The notes below the pieces were generated by a model. That model saw only the letters and a list, made by a program, of their open reading frames with translations, did no database searches and had not been told where the DNA came from. From NCBI RefSeq assembly GCF_002365595.1, contig NZ_DFAM01000016.1: a DNA stretch of 64,000 nucleotides. One strand, written 5' to 3'. A program made the translations under genes and the position numbers. Source of the stretch: Acinetobacter sp. UBA3106. GTDB taxonomy: Bacteria > Pseudomonadota > Gammaproteobacteria > Pseudomonadales > Moraxellaceae. The first letter of the stretch is position 1, and the number at the start of each line of letters is the position of its first letter. Positions 10,061-18,376 of this stretch are shown one piece after another.

Positions 10061-11110
10061 ATGCATAATATTGAAAGAAGCGGATTCATTATTGCCTTAG
10101 GCATGGGGCTGCTGCACTGCCTGTTCGGTCTTTTCGTTGTTGTGTCCTCTATTTGGTTGTGTATGGCGTTATGGTTTCAGGAACCGTTTAGCGGTTTTGT
10201 GACCCGAGTACTGATCGGTGTGTGGGTCGTTTTTGCCTTAACTATTCTCGGCATTTTTATTACCCAATCTGTCTTTAACCGCCAGACTGATGCGCTTATT
10301 TATTTGCTGGCTTTTCTACTGGGCTTATTTTGGTATTTTGGCCTGCCAGCCAAACAGGATCGTGACTGGAATCCGGAAGTGGCCCAAATCCTCTCTTATG
10401 AAAGAGAAGGCGACCATGTCACATTACATCATGTACGTAATTTTAACTGGCATGCAGATGGCAGTTATGATGAACGTTGGGAAACCCGTCAGTTTGATTT
10501 AAACCAGATTACCGGCGTGAATATCATCACCTCCTACTGGATGGGACCACGTATCGCGCATACCCTGGTCAGTTTTGATTTTGCCAATAGCCAACCACTG
10601 ACCTTTTCGATTGAAATTCGCAAACAAAAAAATGAAGAATTTTCAACCTATGGCGGTTTTTTTAGAAAATATGAACTCAGCCTGATCGCAGCAGATGAAA
10701 AGGATCTGATTTATACCCGCAGCAATATTCGTGGTGAGCATGTCTATTTTTTCCCGGTCAATATGTCAAAAACAGAAAGACGGGCTTTGTTCGAAGAATA
10801 TCTGCGTAAAGCCGATGAATTGAAACATCAGCCGAAATGGTATAACAGCTTGACCAGTAACTGTACCACGCTGGTGTTTGATATGGTGCAAGCGATATCC
10901 AAAAGACCTTTCCCTGCAGATTATCGCCTGCTGGCTTCAGGCTATTTACCCAATTATCTGTATGACCTGAACGCCATTTCACATGACTTAACCATAAAAC
11001 AGTGGTATGAGATTGCCTACATTAACCCACGTGTCAGCAAGCTAAAGAATATTTCCAGTACCCAATATTCAGACTTGATTCGCCAAGGTATACCTAAACC
11101 AGCACCATAA
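10061..11110 (+). CDS. DUF4105-type membrane protein (Lnb N-terminal-domain family)
   Basis: N-terminal TM helices, then FSIEIRKQKNEEFS...YELSLIAADEKDLIYTRSN...WYNSLTSNCTT, which is characteristic of the DUF4105 family. Confidence 0.6.
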   Translation: MHNIERSGFIIALGMGLLHCLFGLFVVVSSIWLCMALWFQEPFSGFVTRVLIGVWVVFALTILGIFITQSVFNRQTDALIYLLAFLLGLFWYFGLPAKQDRDWNPEVAQILSYEREGDHVTLHHVRNFNWHADGSYDERWETRQFDLNQITGVNIITSYWMGPRIAHTLVSFDFANSQPLTFSIEIRKQKNEEFSTYGGFFRKYELSLIAADEKDLIYTRSNIRGEHVYFFPVNMSKTERRALFEEYLRKADELKHQPKWYNSLTSNCTTLVFDMVQAISKRPFPADYRLLASGYLPNYLYDLNAISHDLTIKQWYEIAYINPRVSKLKNISSTQYSDLIRQGIPKPAP

Positions 11111-11224
11111 AAATGACCATAATTAAAAATGTAAAAATATATAAAACATGGATTTATCCCTAGTTAAATCAGTATTTTTTTGTTTATATAGAACACAGCT
11201 TAAATCAAGAATGAGAATTCCAAT

Positions 11225-11686
11225 ATGTTAAAAAAACTATTTGCCGTTGGCATACTGGGCGCTGCGATTGCTTTTAGCGGTTGTGAAACCACTCCAAGCG
11301 CCTCTGCTACCATTGAAACTGCAAATTTAGTGCAACTGCAAAACCGTAGCTGGATTGCAACCCATATTGGCAATACTGAAATCAAAACAGCACCGACTGC
11401 ACACAATATTCCAAGTTTACAATTTGATGCGGCAACCAAACGGGTTAGCGGTGCTGATGGCTGTAACCGTATTATGGGCAGCTACGAAGCAGGTCGAGAT
11501 ACGCTCCTGCTCAGTCAAATGGCGGGAACCAAAATGGACTGTCTAGATCAGAACAATGTAGCGCCTCAATTTAATGAAGCCTTGGCTAAAGTCGCCAACT
11601 ATCAGGTGTTTGGCAAGACCCTCAAATTGCTGGATCGTCATGGCAATGTGGTACTGCAATTCATCAGCCCGGTACAACCACGATAA
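11225..11686 (+). CDS. META-domain (HslJ-like) lipoprotein
   Basis: Lipobox AFSGC. GADGCNRIMGSYE...KMDC pattern of META/HslJ domains. Confidence 0.65.
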   Translation: MLKKLFAVGILGAAIAFSGCETTPSASATIETANLVQLQNRSWIATHIGNTEIKTAPTAHNIPSLQFDAATKRVSGADGCNRIMGSYEAGRDTLLLSQMAGTKMDCLDQNNVAPQFNEALAKVANYQVFGKTLKLLDRHGNVVLQFISPVQPR

Positions 11687-11696
11687 TCGCTCAAAC

Positions 11697-11720
11697 AAAA
11701 GCCTGAAATCTCAGGCTTTT
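11697..11720 (+). terminator. Rho-independent terminator
   Basis: aaaagcctga-aatc-tcaggctttt followed by gtgttt. Confidence 0.7.
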
Positions 11721-11800
11721 GTGTTTAAAATGTATAAATTCATTGTCGCTTCATAGAAAGCCCCTATATTAAAAATAATAAACAAATACAGGATAAGATC

Positions 11801-12325
11801 ATGCAACAAGCTTTATTGGGTGGTGGATGCTTCTGGTGTGTCGAAGCCATATTCTTACAGCTTAAAGGTGTGGAAAAAGTGGTCAGTGGCTATGCTGGCG
11901 GTCACACTGTAAACCCGAGCTATGAGGATATTTGCAGTGGTGATACCAACCATGCGGAAGTCATTCTGATTGATTATGATGAAACACAAATCAGCTTTGC
12001 TCAGCTTTTGGATGTATTTTTTACTACCCATGATCCAACTACTTTAAACCGTCAAGGCAATGACGTTGGTACGCAATATCGGTCAGTGGTTTATTATCTG
12101 AATGATGAACAGCAGCAGCAGGCTCAGCAAGCCATTGATGCCCTGAAAGCGGAAGGTTTAAATATTGTGACTGAACTGAGTCCTGCACCCCGGTTCTACC
12201 CTGCCGAAGAATATCACCAGAATTTCTTTGCCCGAAATCCTGCACAAGGCTACTGTAACTTTGCCATTCCACCGAAACTGATGAAATTACGCAGCAAGTT
12301 TCAGGACTTGCTGAAGTCGGAATAG
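11801..12325 (+). CDS. msrA: Peptide methionine (S)-sulfoxide reductase
   Basis: GGGCFWC active site, HAEV and [16 protein letters not shown] motifs. Confidence 0.95.
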   Translation: MQQALLGGGCFWCVEAIFLQLKGVEKVVSGYAGGHTVNPSYEDICSGDTNHAEVILIDYDETQISFAQLLDVFFTTHDPTTLNRQGNDVGTQYRSVVYYLNDEQQQQAQQAIDALKAEGLNIVTELSPAPRFYPAEEYHQNFFARNPAQGYCNFAIPPKLMKLRSKFQDLLKSE

Positions 12326-12349
12326 TCTAGTCCTGCCAATATTAGACAT

Positions 12350-12380
12350 AAAAAAAGCGACCATTCAGGTCGCTTTTTTT
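12350..12380. terminator. Bidirectional terminator (msrA / exbD)
   Basis: aaaaaaagcgacc-attca-ggtcgcttttttt. Confidence 0.85.
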
Positions 12381-12391
12381 ATAGCATCAGA

Positions 12392-12796
12392 TTAGTTATC
12401 GGTCGCAAAAGCAATATCACTGAGCCCGGCTTCGCTCGCACGGGACATCACTTGTGCAACAGCATCATAACGTGATTCTTTATCAGCTTTCAGCACAATG
12501 GTTGGCTGACGCTGTTCCTGACCAGCTTCGTTAAATTTTGTCTGTAATTCATCAAGCGTAAGCACCTTGCCATTCCAGGCAACATCTCCACTTGCATTAA
12601 TACTGATAGTCACATTTTTAGGTGGCAAATCAATAATATCTGCCGTTGTTTTTGGCAAGGTTAATGGAATTGATGGGTTAGCAACGGTTGCTGTCACCAA
12701 AAAGATGATCATCAATACCAACATAATATCGATCAGTGGAATGAGGTTCATCTCATTCATACCTACATCGTTGTCTTCGCCCAATTGAAAGCCCAT
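12392..12796 (-). CDS. exbD: Biopolymer transport protein ExbD
   Basis: NLIPLIDIMLVLMIIFLV TM segment plus an ExbD/TolR periplasmic domain. Its start overlaps the exbB stop (TAATG). Confidence 0.9.
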   Translation of the reverse strand: MGFQLGEDNDVGMNEMNLIPLIDIMLVLMIIFLVTATVANPSIPLTLPKTTADIIDLPPKNVTISINASGDVAWNGKVLTLDELQTKFNEAGQEQRQPTIVLKADKESRYDAVAQVMSRASEAGLSDIAFATDN

Positions 12797-13416
12797 TAAG
12801 CTTGACCTCCAACTAAATTGTTTGCTGTTTCTTTGGTCGCAACTTGAGCTGCACTGTCCTGTTGCAACATGGTGTCAATTAACAGACTGTGCGCCTGGTC
12901 TTGTAGCTCATGCGCCAGACCACGGTTAACGCGGGTACAAATATTATAGGCCAGCACTGCAGGAATCGCCACAGCCAAACCCAGACCGGTCATAATCAAG
13001 GCTTCACCTACCGGTGTCGCCACTTGGGCCAAACCTGCCTGACCACTTTTACCAACCGCAACCAGTGCGTGGAAAATACCCCAAACCGTACCAAACAAAC
13101 CTACAAACGGTGCCAGTGAAGCAATGGTACCTAACACTGCTACACCTTTTTCAGCATTGGCTTTTTCAGCAGAAATCTGACGCAATAACGCCTGTTCTAC
13201 CACAGCTTTACGTTGTTCAAAATTCAAAGCTGAAAATTTTGCTTTTAACTTGCTTAATGCTTGAGAGAGTTGAGCATAAGCTTGTTGCTTCAGTTGGCGA
13301 GTCCCCATTACACGTAAGACGAAGATGGTCCATGTCGCAATCGACATTGCCAATAACACGAAATACAGTGTTTTACTCACTGCATCAGCATGTTGCCAAT
13401 AAACTGAAAAGTTCAT
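12796..13416 (-). CDS. exbB: MotA/TolQ/ExbB proton-channel protein
   Basis: 206 aa, 3 TM, with the LGLFGTVWGI...GEALIMTGLGLAVAIPAV signature. Confidence 0.9.
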   Translation of the reverse strand: MNFSVYWQHADAVSKTLYFVLLAMSIATWTIFVLRVMGTRQLKQQAYAQLSQALSKLKAKFSALNFEQRKAVVEQALLRQISAEKANAEKGVAVLGTIASLAPFVGLFGTVWGIFHALVAVGKSGQAGLAQVATPVGEALIMTGLGLAVAIPAVLAYNICTRVNRGLAHELQDQAHSLLIDTMLQQDSAAQVATKETANNLVGGQA

Positions 13417-13436
13417 ACTCGAACTCCTAATAAATG

Positions 13437-14234
13437 TTAGCCGCGTGGATTCAAGGTCAATAGTAATGGGAGGTTAGCCTTAATAGGATAAGCCACACCA
13501 TTTTCTTTGTACGGTTTGAATTTGGAACTACGCACTGAGCGTAAAATCTTTTCATCTAAAGCAGGAACACCCGTCGAACGTACCATACGCGCCGAGGTAA
13601 TTACCCCTTTTTCATTCGCTTCAATATAGACCATGGCATTCCGCGTTTGACCTTCCAAATCGCTATTGCTATAGGACGGCTTTGGCGAACGGCTCCATTG
13701 CACTCCAGAATCACCAATCACAACATTTTTTGGTGATGGTGGCGCAGGTGGTGCTACCGGTGCCGGAGGAGCAGGCGGTGTGACTGGTGCTGGTGGTGGG
13801 GTAACCGGTGCAGGTTTCACCACTTTAGTTTCAGAAATCGTCGTGCTTACTGTCGGTTTCGGTGGTGCTTCAACCGGTTTAACCACAGGTTTTGGTGTTT
13901 CTGCTTTTTTAACTTGTTGAACCTTTTCTATCTTTTTCGGCGGTGGTGGAAGTTGTTTTTCTACAATTTCAACTTTTTTCACTTCTTTAGGTTTTGGTTG
14001 TTCTTTTTTAGGTTCCGCTTTAGGTTTCGGCGGTAATGGTTTTGGTGATTCTTGAATTTTTACAAAACGAACCTTTAACGGTTCTTTTTCAATCGGTTTG
14101 AGTTCAGGGGTTTTCATTTGCCCCACCGCCCACAACACGCCCATGTGACCGACCACAACGGCGATCAGCGCTGTGATAATTTTCTTTTTCATCGGATTGG
14201 GAGTTTGCATATTTAGAGCGGGAGATTGACTCAT
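13437..14234 (-). CDS. tonB: Energy transducer TonB
   Basis: N-terminal anchor, long Pro/Lys/Glu-rich spacer (PPKPKAEPKKEQPKPKE..., PAPVTPPAPPAPV) and a C-terminal TonB domain. It is the first gene of the tonB-exbB-exbD operon. Confidence 0.85.
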   Translation of the reverse strand: MSQSPALNMQTPNPMKKKIITALIAVVVGHMGVLWAVGQMKTPELKPIEKEPLKVRFVKIQESPKPLPPKPKAEPKKEQPKPKEVKKVEIVEKQLPPPPKKIEKVQQVKKAETPKPVVKPVEAPPKPTVSTTISETKVVKPAPVTPPPAPVTPPAPPAPVAPPAPPSPKNVVIGDSGVQWSRSPKPSYSNSDLEGQTRNAMVYIEANEKGVITSARMVRSTGVPALDEKILRSVRSSKFKPYKENGVAYPIKANLPLLLTLNPRG

Positions 14235-14396
14235 TAAAATCAGTTACCTAATTAAAGCGATTGTCGATCAATTAAGATTTCAGCAATCAAGCTCATCGGT
14301 TAGTACAATTAAAGCACCGCAATAATAAATGAGAAGTGTTTTCATTTGCAACTATTAAATCGTAAGTTTTGATGAGTTTTTTTAATCAATAAAACA

Positions 14397-14425
14397 AGAA
14401 AGGCATACTTAAAGTATGCCTTTCT
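14397..14425. terminator. Strong 13-bp hairpin between purU and the tonB operon
   Basis: agaaaggcatactt-aa-agtatgcctttct. On the minus strand it is followed by tgttttatt. Confidence 0.7.
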
Positions 14426-14447
14426 TTGAAAATTAGTCAATGTTGTT

Positions 14448-15329
14448 TTATTGGAAGACTACGGTTTTATTGCCATCGACAATAATACGATCTTCCAGAT
14501 GCCATTTTACTGCGCGGGCCAAAACATTTCGTTCCACATCTTGTCCAAGTTCACGCAGCTGATCAACGGTGAAATCATGATTCACGCGTTCAACATCCTG
14601 TTCAATGATCGGGCCCTGATCCAGATCGGCAGTCACATAATGTGCTGTTGCGCCAATCAGCTTCACGCCTTTCTCATAGGCCTGTTTATAAGGGTTTGCA
14701 CCCACGAATGCTGGCAGGAATGAATGGTGGATATTGATCACTTTCATTTCCCATTTCTGTACGAATTCCTCATCTAGAATTTGCATGTATCGCGCCAGAA
14801 TCAGTAAATCATTGCCCTGCATGAGTTCATCAATCTTGCTATAGGCTTCACGTTTGTTTTCTTTATTGACTGGCACAACTTCAAATGGAATGCCAAAGTT
14901 TTCCACCGACTCGCGTAAAGTCTCGTGATTTGAAACCACTTTAGTGATTTCACATGGTAAACCGCCGCGCGCATGACGCCATAATAGTTCAAGCAAGGCG
15001 TGATCGACTTTGGAAACCAGAATCCCGACTTTTTTCACATCACTCACCAGTGCCAGACGCCAGTGCATGTCATAGCGTTCGGCAACATTGCTGGCAAAAG
15101 TCTGAGTGATACTTTCTTTACGGCTTTGCAGATTGTCCAGTTCAAACTCAACACGCATGAAATAACGCCCGCCCTGAGCTTCAGTCGCGTATTGATCAAG
15201 TGCGGTAATATTTGCTCCCTGATGATACAAAAAGCTCGAAACAGCTTGCACGATACCTGGTTTATCTTCGCAAGTAATCAGTAAACGTGCTGTGTTAGCG
15301 GTGGTCATATTCATGTTGGTTAATATCAC
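14448..15329 (-). CDS. purU: Formyltetrahydrofolate deformylase
   Basis: N-terminal ACT domain (LLITCEDKPGIV) plus a formyl-transferase domain (INIHHSFLPAF.G..PY). The start may be one of the downstream Met codons. Confidence 0.9.
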   Translation of the reverse strand: MILTNMNMTTANTARLLITCEDKPGIVQAVSSFLYHQGANITALDQYATEAQGGRYFMRVEFELDNLQSRKESITQTFASNVAERYDMHWRLALVSDVKKVGILVSKVDHALLELLWRHARGGLPCEITKVVSNHETLRESVENFGIPFEVVPVNKENKREAYSKIDELMQGNDLLILARYMQILDEEFVQKWEMKVINIHHSFLPAFVGANPYKQAYEKGVKLIGATAHYVTADLDQGPIIEQDVERVNHDFTVDQLRELGQDVERNVLARAVKWHLEDRIIVDGNKTVVFQ

Positions 15330-15392
15330 TAATCAGTTAAATTGAAAAACAAGCCGAGTATTCTAACGCTTTTTTCATGCTTTCTAAATAGG

Positions 15393-16112
15393 CTAGTTCG
15401 CATCATGATTTTTACTTGAAGATAAACTCTCAAAAAGCTCTGAAGGACCCAGGGTTTCAAGTAAATGTTCATAAGTTTGACGGCTTTCACCACGCAAATA
15501 TGCCCCTTCCAGGAACACCATTTGACGTAACGCCTGCCAGACCCACTTTTCTTCCAGATGGTTCGAATCGGTAATATGCCCCGACATGTACAGGAAGTTG
15601 GTCCAGTTGGTCAAAACAATCCACAAGTTAATAATCAGGGCTTCAATTTCTGAATCTGTCATTTCCATTAAGCCGGCAGTCACGAAGGCTTTGTAGATTT
15701 TTTGTCCCTGCTGCATCACCTGACCGGCAAAACGTGGATACATTTTTCGAAAATCTTCATTATTTTCAACCAAATGATAAACATCACGATGCAAGAAGCG
15801 ATAGGCCCAAAGCTGGCTGCTGAGCACCTGAAAATAGCGAATTTTATCGTTGGCATCAAGTGCACGGTCATCGGGCAATGACAGCATTTCCAAAGTTTCG
15901 CTCTGGTACTGCTCCATCAACTCTTTGATGATTTCGTTTTTATTGCGAAAGTGGTAATACAAATTACCCGGACTCATATTCAGTTCAGCGGCAATATGAT
16001 TTGTTGTCACTGAACGCTCACCGCGCTCATTAAATAACTGTAAGCTGAGTTGCAAAATACGTTCTTTGGTTTTCACCGTTTTGGAGTGAGACATCCTAAA
16101 GTAACCATTCAT
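15393..16112 (-). CDS. TetR-family transcriptional regulator
   Basis: N-terminal HTH (ERSVTTNHIAAELNMSPGNLYYHF). It is divergent from the aldehyde dehydrogenase gene. An alternative start lies at 16094 (MSHSK...). Confidence 0.8.
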   Translation of the reverse strand: MNGYFRMSHSKTVKTKERILQLSLQLFNERGERSVTTNHIAAELNMSPGNLYYHFRNKNEIIKELMEQYQSETLEMLSLPDDRALDANDKIRYFQVLSSQLWAYRFLHRDVYHLVENNEDFRKMYPRFAGQVMQQGQKIYKAFVTAGLMEMTDSEIEALIINLWIVLTNWTNFLYMSGHITDSNHLEEKWVWQALRQMVFLEGAYLRGESRQTYEHLLETLGPSELFESLSSSKNHDAN

Positions 16113-16119
16113 TCAATAG

Positions 16120-16171
16120 GTTAGCGAGCTAACACATAAAGTAACTTGACTATTTAGAGCTTTTACTCTAA
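16120..16171. promoter_or_regulatory. Two palindromes in the TetR/ALDH divergent region (candidate operators) with a possible -35 TTGACT
   Basis: gttagc-ga-gctaac (16120-16133) and ttagag-ctttta-ctctaa (16154-16171). TTGACT lies at 16146-16151. The function is inferred only. Confidence 0.3.
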
Positions 16172-16210
16172 AAATTAAATTAATCGCTTTTTATTTAATG
16201 GTAGCAGGTC

Positions 16211-17659
16211 ATGAACAGTCAAACAAAAACAACTTCAATGACACCACATTCGTTTAATATTCAGCACTTACACGACGTGCTAGAACAGCAAAAGCATGCT
16301 TATCTACGTCATCCCTTACCATCGGCAAAGGAACGTATTGATCGTTTAGCACGTCTAAAGCGTATCTTAGTTAAATATCAAGATCAATTTGCCGAAGCAA
16401 TTAATCAGGACTATGGTAACCGTTCTATCAGCGAAACCAAAATCGGTGAATTACTCACCTGTCTTGAACAGATTAAATATTATAGCAAGCATTTGACCAA
16501 TTGGATGAAACCGTCCAAGCGCCATGTGGGAATTATCCATCAGCCGGCAAAAGCCTGGGTTCAATATCAACCTCTCGGTGTGGTGGGAATCATTGCGCCT
16601 TGGAACTATCCACTATTATTGTCGGTTGGTCCCCTGATTTGTGCAATCGCAGCGGGTAACCATGCCATGATTAAAATCTCCAGTGCTTCAAGCCATTTTG
16701 GCCGTGCGCTGGAAAAGGCCTTAGGCGAAGCGTTTCCAACCGAACTGGTTGCAGTAATTAATGGCGGCGGACCGGTTTCCGATGCCTTTAGTCATTTGGC
16801 CTTTGATAAAATCATTTTTACCGGTTCAACTGAAATTGGTAAAACCGTAATGGCCGCTGCTTCAGAAAACCTGGTGCCTGTGATTTTAGAATTGGGTGGA
16901 AAATCCCCTGTTCTGGTTCATCCTTCTATCGATTTGCAAGATGTTGCGCAGCGGCTGGCTGCCGGTAAACTCTGGAATTCAGGTCAAACCTGCGTGGCAC
17001 CTGACTATATGTTCCTGCCTAAAGGCAAAACGGCTGAATTTATTGAGCACTATAAGGCCTGTATTGAAGAGATGTATCCGAGTATTGAATACAATCAGGA
17101 TTACACCTCGATTATTAATGACAAACAATACAATCGTCTGCAGGGCTATCTGGAAGATGCGCGTAGTCAAGGCGCTAAAATTACTGAATTAAATCCAGCA
17201 CATGAAGACTTAAGCAAAGTCCGGAAAATTGCGCCCACTGTCGTGACCGGCGTCACCACAGAAATGCGGATTATGAAAGAGGAAATTTTTGGACCGATCC
17301 TTCCTATTCTAGAATATGATCAAATCGACGATGTGATTGACTTTATTAATAGCCGTCCGCGTCCACTTGCATTATACTATTTCGACTTTGATCAGGCGCG
17401 TGCCGACTATGTCGCACAGCATACTCATTCAGGGCATTTCGGGCAGAATATGGTACTCACCCATGTCGCACAGGATGACTTACCTTTTGGTGGAGTCGGT
17501 GCTTCAGGTATGGGCAAATATCATGGTCCAGAAGGTTTCTTCAGTTTGTCGCATGAACGGTCAGTAATGTCTAATCCAAAGCTCTATAGCTTGAAATTCA
17601 TTCTCCCACCGTTTAACAAGCCGATTCACAAGCTAATTTCGAAGACCCTTCTTCGATAA
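16211..17659 (+). CDS. NAD(P)-dependent aldehyde dehydrogenase (class-3 / coniferyl-aldehyde dehydrogenase-like)
   Basis: 482 aa with FTGST.IGK, ELGGKSP and the catalytic-Cys context NSGQTCVAPDY. Confidence 0.9.
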   Translation: MNSQTKTTSMTPHSFNIQHLHDVLEQQKHAYLRHPLPSAKERIDRLARLKRILVKYQDQFAEAINQDYGNRSISETKIGELLTCLEQIKYYSKHLTNWMKPSKRHVGIIHQPAKAWVQYQPLGVVGIIAPWNYPLLLSVGPLICAIAAGNHAMIKISSASSHFGRALEKALGEAFPTELVAVINGGGPVSDAFSHLAFDKIIFTGSTEIGKTVMAAASENLVPVILELGGKSPVLVHPSIDLQDVAQRLAAGKLWNSGQTCVAPDYMFLPKGKTAEFIEHYKACIEEMYPSIEYNQDYTSIINDKQYNRLQGYLEDARSQGAKITELNPAHEDLSKVRKIAPTVVTGVTTEMRIMKEEIFGPILPILEYDQIDDVIDFINSRPRPLALYYFDFDQARADYVAQHTHSGHFGQNMVLTHVAQDDLPFGGVGASGMGKYHGPEGFFSLSHERSVMSNPKLYSLKFILPPFNKPIHKLISKTLLR

Positions 17660-17667
17660 CTGATCAA

Positions 17668-17704
17668 GGCATGATCTATCACACCTGATCATGCCGCGTT
17701 TTTC
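17668..17704 (+). terminator. Rho-independent terminator
   Basis: ggcatgatc-(10 nt)-gatcatgcc followed by gcgtttttctt. Confidence 0.7.
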
Positions 17705-17821
17705 TTAAATTCGCTTGTCTTTTAAGCGTATTTTTGGTATAAAACGCCCCTTGAATGATTTCATCCGTTTACTTTTAATGACTAGCCGCACAATCGGTGC
17801 TGTCTAGCAATGGAGTTCACC

Positions 17822-18058
17822 ATGTCTAAGGTTTGCCAAGTTACCGGCAAGCGTCCAGTCGTTGGAAACAATGTCTCGCACGCCAATAACAAAACCAAAC
17901 GCCGGTTCGAGCCGAACCTGCATCACCACCGTTTCTGGTTAGAAAGCGAAAAACGTTTTGTACGTCTTCGTTTAACCACTAAGGGTATGCGTATTATCGA
18001 CAAATTGGGCATTGAAAAGGTTGTTGCTGACCTACGTGCTCAAGGTCAAAAGATCTAA
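17822..18058 (+). CDS. rpmB: 50S ribosomal protein L28
   Basis: [33 protein letters not shown] lies 6 nt upstream of the ATG at 17822. The ORF-track start at 17810 is judged too early. Confidence 0.95.
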
Positions 18059-18070
18059 GGAGTCTGAACC

Positions 18071-18226
18071 ATGCGTGATAAAATTCGCTTAGTTTCTTCA
18101 GCTGGTACAGGTTATTTCTATACCACCACTAAGAACAAACGTACTATGCCGGAAAAAATGGAAATCAAAAAATTTGATCCAAAAATCCGTCAACACGTAA
18201 TCTTCAAAGAAGCTAAAATTAAATAA
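18071..18226 (+). CDS. rpmG: 50S ribosomal protein L33
   Basis: Not in the ORF track because it is under 60 aa. My hand translation is [51 protein letters not shown]. It follows rpmB directly. Confidence 0.95.
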
Positions 18227-18240
18227 TTTTGACTTCTTTA

Positions 18241-18270
18241 AAAAAGCGACCCTTCGGGTCGTTTTTTTTT
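18241..18270 (+). terminator. Rho-independent terminator of rpmBG
   Basis: aaaaagcgaccc-ttc-gggtcgttttttttt. Confidence 0.85.
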
Positions 18271-18376
18271 GCATTTTTTTTGCTCGAGTTGTTACACTTC
18301 TAATTATTCTTTTTTGGCATTTTTTGTGCTTATTCTTTTTTACCCTTAACTTTGGCTCAAGCTTAAGGAGTTTTTA

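Noticed and set aside
13014-13430. 138-aa plus-strand ORF overlapping exbB
   Set aside because: It is the antisense shadow of exbB. The exbB frame has clear MotA/TolQ/ExbB motifs and operon context.
13700-13860. Tandem Pro-Ala-Val repeats in DNA, considered as a DNA-level tandem repeat or contingency locus
   Set aside because: They encode the normal proline-rich spacer of TonB, are imperfect at the nucleotide level, and stay in-frame.
15560-15569. GGTTCGAATC, a tRNA T-arm-like decamer
   Set aside because: It lies inside the TetR-family CDS. No acceptor, D or anticodon stems can be drawn around it. No tRNA genes were found in the window.
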